Virus record (IMG/VR): IMGVR_UViG_3300013126_000016
Location: 1 to 64,000 of that record
Direction: 5' to 3' (one strand)
Length of the DNA: 64,000 nt
DNA from: a virus
This document shows positions 58,501 to 64,000 of this stretch, in pieces. Position 1 is the first letter of the stretch, and each line of letters opens with the position of its first letter. The notes beneath the pieces are model-generated. The model was not told the DNA's origin. It was given only the letters and a program-made list of their open reading frames with translations, and searched no databases. Both the position numbers and the translations under genes were made by a program.

Positions 58501-60783
58501 TTAGATAATTGTTATTTTACAAACAGAGTTTTTACAGACTTTTATATTAGAGCTAATATTTAAAGGACCGAGACAACATATAAACAAATCATTTAATTTA
58601 AAAGAAAGATTGTAGTTAGAATAAAGTGGAGACCAAACACCTACAGGCATAATAAGGTTAGTAATAAAAGTATAACCTGTAGGGCAATAAGTATTAGAGT
58701 GTAAAGGCATTAAAGGCAGAAATTCAGAGACAGGATAAACATATTTATCATTAGAAAAAACAGTACCAGTAGAATTAGAGTCAATTGGGAACCCAGGAGT
58801 AGTTCTTTCTGCTAGAGAGTTATATTTTTTAGTAATAGAATCAATAGTAATAGTATTTTCTTTTGGATAGAAAGCAATAGCTGTGTATTGATCTTCATAT
58901 AGAACCTTATTTCTATAGTCTAATCTATTAACTAAACCTGTATAAATAGATTTGTCAGAGTAAGTTGAAGAATTTAAATCTTTTAAAGAAAGATAATAAG
59001 GTGTAGAACTGTACTGAACAGAAAAGTTTTGTTTTAATAAGAAGTTAAGTTTGTTTAAAAGAAAATCTTGATGAGAAGAGGTAAGGGGGAATTGTATAAA
59101 CTCTTTTATAAAAGGGTCTAATAAAGTATTAATTATAGGTTTTATAATATATTCAGGTAAAAAATTAGCTATAGGAAGCCATAAATTAATTAGAATACGT
59201 AAGAGAAAGCCAGAAGAATAAAAAATAGGTAAACGAAGTAAGCTGTAAACTATAAAGAAATTAAAATAACACTGAGAATAAGTATATATAAGAGAACCTA
59301 TAGAAGTAGACTTGTCTTCCTCTTTATCAGGGTTAGACCATTCAACACCTTCTGGTAGAAAAGATATAATAAGGTCTTTAGAATAGCTACAGAAAGCTTC
59401 TGCTTCTAAAGCAAAAGTATCAAATGCAGAAGGAGTCACTAAATCTGATTTAAAATGGAAACAAGATAAAGGAACAATGTTATAAATAGGCTGTGAAGTT
59501 ACTTCATTAAATATAGACTGGTTATAGAAAGTTTCTAGCAATTGAACAGTCCAATAAGGTCTGTTATTAAAAGAATAGAGATTTATAAGACTAGCAATAA
59601 GAAAATCATCATCAGAATAAGTTGTACTGTTAAGGCGATTTTTACTGTAAAAAGAGATAAGACTTAAAGAAGTAGTAGGGGAGAACTGACAATGCCACCA
59701 GAATTTATAAGTACAGATTGTTAAACTAGACGATTCATTAAAGAGAGAATAAAATAGATTGTCTGGTAATTCAGGTAAATTATTGAAAGAAACAAAAAGT
59801 CTAGCTGCTTTTTCATGAATAGTAGAGTCATAATCTAATTGTAGATAATAGTTAAAGAGTAAAGAAGCTATAACAGAAGTTTTAAAGGAAGTAGAAAATA
59901 AATCAACTTCGCCATTAGTGTAATTTTCACAGCAAAAGCCAGTGGAGTAATCAAAGGAATTACAGGTAATATAACAAAATGCTTTGCATAAGTTTAAGCA
60001 GTCTACATAAAAGTTAGATATAAGATTACTAAAATAATTAATATTAGTAAGGTAATGAAGGGCTTTAGAAATAGAGAGACCTAAGAGAGCATTTTCATAA
60101 AAAGAGAAATCAGAAGAGGTGTTAGAAGGATCTAAACTAGAAAGACCAGAAGAGATAGGGGGGGAGAAACGGAATCTATTTTCTTGGAAAGTGATTAAAG
60201 ATTTAGTAGAAGATATCTGGAGTAGTTCTATAAGTTGAGAAACTACAAGTTCTGGTTTATTAAGAGAGCAAGCAAGGATAAGACCCCAAGAAGAGGAAAT
60301 TAAAGTTTTAGTAGAAGAATTAGAATAAGTGGAAGATAAGATACCTTTATTCTTACTAGGAATAATATGTTTAACGCTCGAGTCGTTATCTACTAAATAA
60401 CAATAAACTTCTACATTAGGATAATTAGGTAAAGAGTTATCAAAATCTCTAGTAAGAGTAGATTCTGTATTTTTAAGATATAAAGCAGGACTTAATTTAG
60501 TGAAGCGAGACTCAGAGTTATTAGTTACAGTAGAGAGGATATAATCGTAGCGAATAGGAGTTCTAAAAGAAGTTTTAGAAGAAGTTAAAGTAGAATGAGA
60601 GCATAGAAAAGGCTGAGAAAAAGAAGGAGTTTTAAAGTAAGTAGTATAGCTAGGGTTTAATAAAGACAGTGATATATTTCTAGAGCGTGAATACAGTTCT
60701 GAATAGAAAGATGAAGGGAATAATTCAAATATAGAAGTAATAGATGAACCGTTTATCTTAGTAAACCAATTATTATAAGTCAT
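58501..60783 (-). CDS. Hypothetical baseplate-region protein
   Basis: 760-aa ORF directly downstream of baseplate J. Confidence 0.55.
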   Translation of the reverse strand: MTYNNWFTKINGSSITSIFELFPSSFYSELYSRSRNISLSLLNPSYTTYFKTPSFSQPFLCSHSTLTSSKTSFRTPIRYDYILSTVTNNSESRFTKLSPALYLKNTESTLTRDFDNSLPNYPNVEVYCYLVDNDSSVKHIIPSKNKGILSSTYSNSSTKTLISSSWGLILACSLNKPELVVSQLIELLQISSTKSLITFQENRFRFSPPISSGLSSLDPSNTSSDFSFYENALLGLSISKALHYLTNINYFSNLISNFYVDCLNLCKAFCYITCNSFDYSTGFCCENYTNGEVDLFSTSFKTSVIASLLFNYYLQLDYDSTIHEKAARLFVSFNNLPELPDNLFYSLFNESSSLTICTYKFWWHCQFSPTTSLSLISFYSKNRLNSTTYSDDDFLIASLINLYSFNNRPYWTVQLLETFYNQSIFNEVTSQPIYNIVPLSCFHFKSDLVTPSAFDTFALEAEAFCSYSKDLIISFLPEGVEWSNPDKEEDKSTSIGSLIYTYSQCYFNFFIVYSLLRLPIFYSSGFLLRILINLWLPIANFLPEYIIKPIINTLLDPFIKEFIQFPLTSSHQDFLLNKLNFLLKQNFSVQYSSTPYYLSLKDLNSSTYSDKSIYTGLVNRLDYRNKVLYEDQYTAIAFYPKENTITIDSITKKYNSLAERTTPGFPIDSNSTGTVFSNDKYVYPVSEFLPLMPLHSNTYCPTGYTFITNLIMPVGVWSPLYSNYNLSFKLNDLFICCLGPLNISSNIKVCKNSVCKITII

Positions 60784-60785
60784 AA

Positions 60786-61874
60786 TTAACTAGGGTATGA
60801 TACATTAATAGAGGATAATACTATAATCTCATTAATATCTGCTGTAACATCAGAGGAAGGTTCAAGGACTGTACAATCTTGGACGAGAGGTAGAACAGAG
60901 AATTTAATAAGACTTATGGGTAAAGGTTGGTTAATATCAAGAGAGTTAACGGAGGAGTAGAGAGCTTCAGATATTTGACTATTAAGGGAGGAGATATTAT
61001 AATCAGAGCTATAAGGTGTAACTTTAATAGAGATAGAAACTGATTTAACGGTAGCGTTATTAACGGAAACAATAATACCAGCAGGAATATAAGGTTCAAG
61101 ATAGGAAGTAAGAGAATCAACTTCTATAGAAGAGTAAGAATTAAGAAAATTAACCCATACTTCTACGATACCGGGTATTCTAGTTTTAACATAACTTCTA
61201 GTTACGCCAGTATATGCTTGGAGTACACTTTTTAGAGTAGAAATAGAGTAAGGATGATTATTAGAGTATAAATAATAAAAGTAGCGGGCGCGGAGGGAAA
61301 AATCTGATTCTTCATCACTACCTCCGAAAAACCCTTCAGAGAAAGAAGTTTTAGAACTAGCTTTACCTACAAAAAAACGTATAGTAGGCTCAGTAGATAT
61401 TAACTCCGAGTTAAACAAGGGGGTTCCAGCACTAAGGTTGTAAGAAGAACCAGGTACAAATGAAGCAACGTTAACTAAAGTATTCTGCTCTGGATTAGTA
61501 GAAGTTGAAACAGCTGATAATGTATAAAATTGAGAACCTGAATTAGTATCTGTTAACACAGTACCCTGCTGTACTAAAATAGATTTAGAAGTAGGTAATA
61601 TAGTCACAACACCTTCTGAATAAGAAGGAGAAGTGCGGGTAACCAAATAAGAAGTAAGGGAATCAAGGTCGGAGCCAGAAGCTGTAAGGGGAGAATAAGA
61701 AGTAATAAGGGAAGCTAAGCGGAGTTCAAGGTTTTGGATAACAGCGGAGTTAGCTCTAGCAAGAGTATAGAGAGGGGAAGATGGATTAGGATCTAAAGAA
61801 AGGGGGCTGGAAGTAGATCTTATAGTAGAAAGATATTCATCAAGGATAGATTGAAAGTTTCTAGGAGAGAACAT
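60786..61874 (-). CDS. Baseplate J/gp47-like wedge protein
   Basis: TASGSDLD, GT.L, PGSSYNL.AGT, GGSDEESDFSLRAR, PGIVEVWV, PAGIIVSV. Confidence 0.85.
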   Translation of the reverse strand: MFSPRNFQSILDEYLSTIRSTSSPLSLDPNPSSPLYTLARANSAVIQNLELRLASLITSYSPLTASGSDLDSLTSYLVTRTSPSYSEGVVTILPTSKSILVQQGTVLTDTNSGSQFYTLSAVSTSTNPEQNTLVNVASFVPGSSYNLSAGTPLFNSELISTEPTIRFFVGKASSKTSFSEGFFGGSDEESDFSLRARYFYYLYSNNHPYSISTLKSVLQAYTGVTRSYVKTRIPGIVEVWVNFLNSYSSIEVDSLTSYLEPYIPAGIIVSVNNATVKSVSISIKVTPYSSDYNISSLNSQISEALYSSVNSLDINQPLPISLIKFSVLPLVQDCTVLEPSSDVTADINEIIVLSSINVSYPS

Positions 61875-61883
61875 AATAACTAA

Positions 61884-62297
61884 TTAAATATTAATAGATA
61901 AAGAATCTGAGCCTACTCTAAAAGAGACAGAAGTTTCGCTTATAGAATTACCATAAACTTTAACAGAGTTAATTCTAGATTCGTACTGAAGACTTTCAAT
62001 AATAGAATTATAAAAATCAGTAGAGTTTATTTCTTCCTCTGGAAGAGAAACGTAATCCTGTAAATCTGAACCATAAGTTTCGTCTATTAAAGTTAGTTTA
62101 AGTGGTACGTCTCCTAGTAAAGGATTAGAATCTTCAAACTCTGGTTCTAAAATATAACGAGAATATGCGTTTATATGAGTAGATAACCTGCATTTAACTT
62201 CTTTAGAAATAACATCTAAACTAAAGAGCCAGTTAGTAGATAAATCTCCATCAATAAATTGAAGGCCTTTAAGCTGAAAGTATTGTTGCATAATCAA
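61884..62297 (-). CDS. gp25/GPW-like baseplate protein
   Basis: DGDL, RLST, YGSDL, ESLQYESRINSV; immediately upstream of baseplate J. Confidence 0.6.
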   Translation of the reverse strand: MIMQQYFQLKGLQFIDGDLSTNWLFSLDVISKEVKCRLSTHINAYSRYILEPEFEDSNPLLGDVPLKLTLIDETYGSDLQDYVSLPEEEINSTDFYNSIIESLQYESRINSVKVYGNSISETSVSFRVGSDSLSINI

Positions 62298-62902
62298 AGA
62301 GAAATAGGTAAAGAGGAATCTTGTTCAAAACCAAAACGAAATGTACTAATAGATTTATCAATAGACCAAGATCTATCAGTTACGTTAACTAAGCCTTTAT
62401 TAAAAGGTTCATAGAGACCTAATACTAACCTATAATTTCCCTTGTCCCACAATCCTGAAGAATTAAATGATATAGTAGAGTAGTTAAATAGGTCATTACC
62501 AACTAATAAGAGAACTGAATCTTTTATGAGTGACCAACCTAAAAAACCTTGTTTATGGTATTTAGGGAGAGAGAGGTTAACAAAAAGGGAACCGAGGGGG
62601 GTGTTAGGGGAGATAATTTTATAAGAGAGAGGAGGGGGTGTAAAGAGTTTATTAACAGAAGCGTAAGAATTAACAGAAATATTAGAGAGATCCCCCGAGA
62701 TAAGAGTTGCTGTATTTTTAGAAGAAATATATAAAGAGCAAGTAGAAGCTGTAATTATTTGACCAACGATGGGGATTGATTCTGTGAGGGGTTGTAAAGT
62801 AATTGTTTGTTGCGTAAAGTCTATAGATTCTATTACAAAATCAACTTCTGTATTTTTTACAGATTGAGAGTAATAAGAAGATGCTGGTTTAAGATTTAGC
62901 AT
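62294..62902 (-). CDS. Hypothetical structural-module protein
   Basis: ORF overlapping the next gene by 4 bp. Confidence 0.6.
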   Translation of the reverse strand: MLNLKPASSYYSQSVKNTEVDFVIESIDFTQQTITLQPLTESIPIVGQIITASTCSLYISSKNTATLISGDLSNISVNSYASVNKLFTPPPLSYKIISPNTPLGSLFVNLSLPKYHKQGFLGWSLIKDSVLLLVGNDLFNYSTISFNSSGLWDKGNYRLVLGLYEPFNKGLVNVTDRSWSIDKSISTFRFGFEQDSSLPISL

Positions 62903-62911
62903 ATTAGTAAA

Positions 62912-63283
62912 TTAATAGACAGTACGTTGAGTTTGGGGATTAGGGCTAGTAGTAGAGGGGTATGTAGGAAGAGTAGGGGAAGGGGGAGCAGTTTCTTTAG
63001 TAGGGGGTGGGTCTACTTTAGGTTTCTTTTTAGAACTGCCTTTAAACATTTCCCCTAATTTTTTTAGAGCCCATTTCTGGGCATTATTAGCTATTCTCAA
63101 TCCTTCTTTTTTTAGTTCTTCTTCTACTATAGCTTGTACCTGTTCTTGACTTAGAAGGTCAACATCATCTTCTAGTAATCTGTTTTCTATTTTTTTTAAT
63201 AGAGGACTTTCAGCTGTTTTAGAGTTACTAGCTACTGAGCCAGTAGGAGTAGGACTATTAGTATTAATATTATAAGAACTCAT
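62912..63283 (-). CDS. Hypothetical protein with Pro/Thr-rich tail
   Basis: ORF in an operon. Confidence 0.55.
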   Translation of the reverse strand: MSSYNINTNSPTPTGSVASNSKTAESPLLKKIENRLLEDDVDLLSQEQVQAIVEEELKKEGLRIANNAQKWALKKLGEMFKGSSKKKPKVDPPPTKETAPPSPTLPTYPSTTSPNPQTQRTVY

Positions 63284-63293
63284 AGGATTAAAA

Positions 63294-64000
63294 TTAAGAA
63301 TTAGCGGCAGATTGAACTTGATTAGAGGAAGAAGTAGTAGGAATACCAGCGGCTTTTACAGGGTCTGGATTAAGAATAGTATTAGTGTCTAAGTCCATAA
63401 TAGGGCGAGCGGAACCCCCCATGCCTATTTGAACTATGCTACCTTGGATTCTAGTAATAGAACTTGAAGCTAAAGACAATTCTCCTTGAGAAGATATATA
63501 AAAACTATTTTGAGCATATAAATTAGTATCTGTTTTACTTTTTATAGATACGTCTTCTTTTGTTTGTACTTGGTAGCTATTAGCTATTAAATAAGAATCT
63601 TTATCTGCTTCATTATAGATAATACCTTTTGTTCTAAGAATACTATTAGTTGAGCACTGAGTATTAATCTGGCCTGCTAATATATCATAATTTTGGTCTA
63701 CTTGGACTTTGAGAGAGCCTGTTTGTTGAAGAGTCTTTTCTTTAGTAGAACTATAATAATTAACATTTCCTATGTAAAAAGAGCCTGAAGATTGGTTTAT
63801 ATAGTTACTATTTTGATTTACATATAAATCCGTAGAACGTTGCCAATTAAACTTAGAAGAGACCTTAAATGTATTAGTAATAGAGTTAAAACAATTACCT
63901 ACAACAGAAAAATTATCGGAGACATTAAGATTAAGAGGGGAAATAGTTTCAAAACAGTGAGAAGATATAAAGCGGAAGTTATAAGCTTGATTATGAGAAG
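63294..64000 (-). CDS. 3' part of a baseplate spike-like beta-repeat protein, probably starting beyond the window
   Basis: The frame of the listed 61-aa ORF stayed open upstream as far as I read (about 63680), e.g. ...KEDVSIKSKTDTNLYAQNSFYISSQGELSLASSSITRIQGSIVQIG. Confidence 0.55.
   Translation of the reverse strand, partial: SHNQAYNFRFISSHCFETISPLNLNVSDNFSVVGNCFNSITNTFKVSSKFNWQRSTDLYVNQNSNYINQSSGSFYIGNVNYYSSTKEKTLQQTGSLKVQVDQNYDILAGQINTQCSTNSILRTKGIIYNEADKDSYLIANSYQVQTKEDVSIKSKTDTNLYAQNSFYISSQGELSLASSSITRIQGSIVQIGMGGSARPIMDLDTNTILNPDPVKAAGIPTTSSSNQVQSAANS

Overview
A 64-kb segment of a large, AT-rich myovirus-type phage, most likely a freshwater cyanophage. Host evidence is an unlisted 53-aa NblA at 18637-18798, a cyanobacterial-style Calx-beta domain, an XisF-like serine recombinase, a NucA-type nuclease domain and a DUF4346-type thymidylate synthase. 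Layout: a truncated minus-strand virion/tail gene (<1-3687); plus-strand repair, replication and accessory genes (SP-lyase-like radical SAM, beta-clamp-like, UDG4-like, intein-split SNF2 helicase, TPR proteins, ArdA-like); a promoter/43-bp repeat array/hairpin unit at about 18.1-18.45 kb; DnaX-like clamp loader, ThyA, primase, RuvC-like, PD-(D/E)XK nuclease, class Ia RNR and Dps; then a minus-strand block with the recombinase, a 5263-aa multi-enzyme tape-measure-like protein, terminase and baseplate genes. The strongest unexplained signal is a GC-rich palindromic motif (GGTAGCCGCGCGGCTACC and half-site variants). It recurs about every 1-2 kb, between and inside genes, and at many copies the + strand flips abruptly from purine-rich to pyrimidine-rich, giving a sawtooth skew. 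All calls come from reading motifs by eye; no searches or computations were run.
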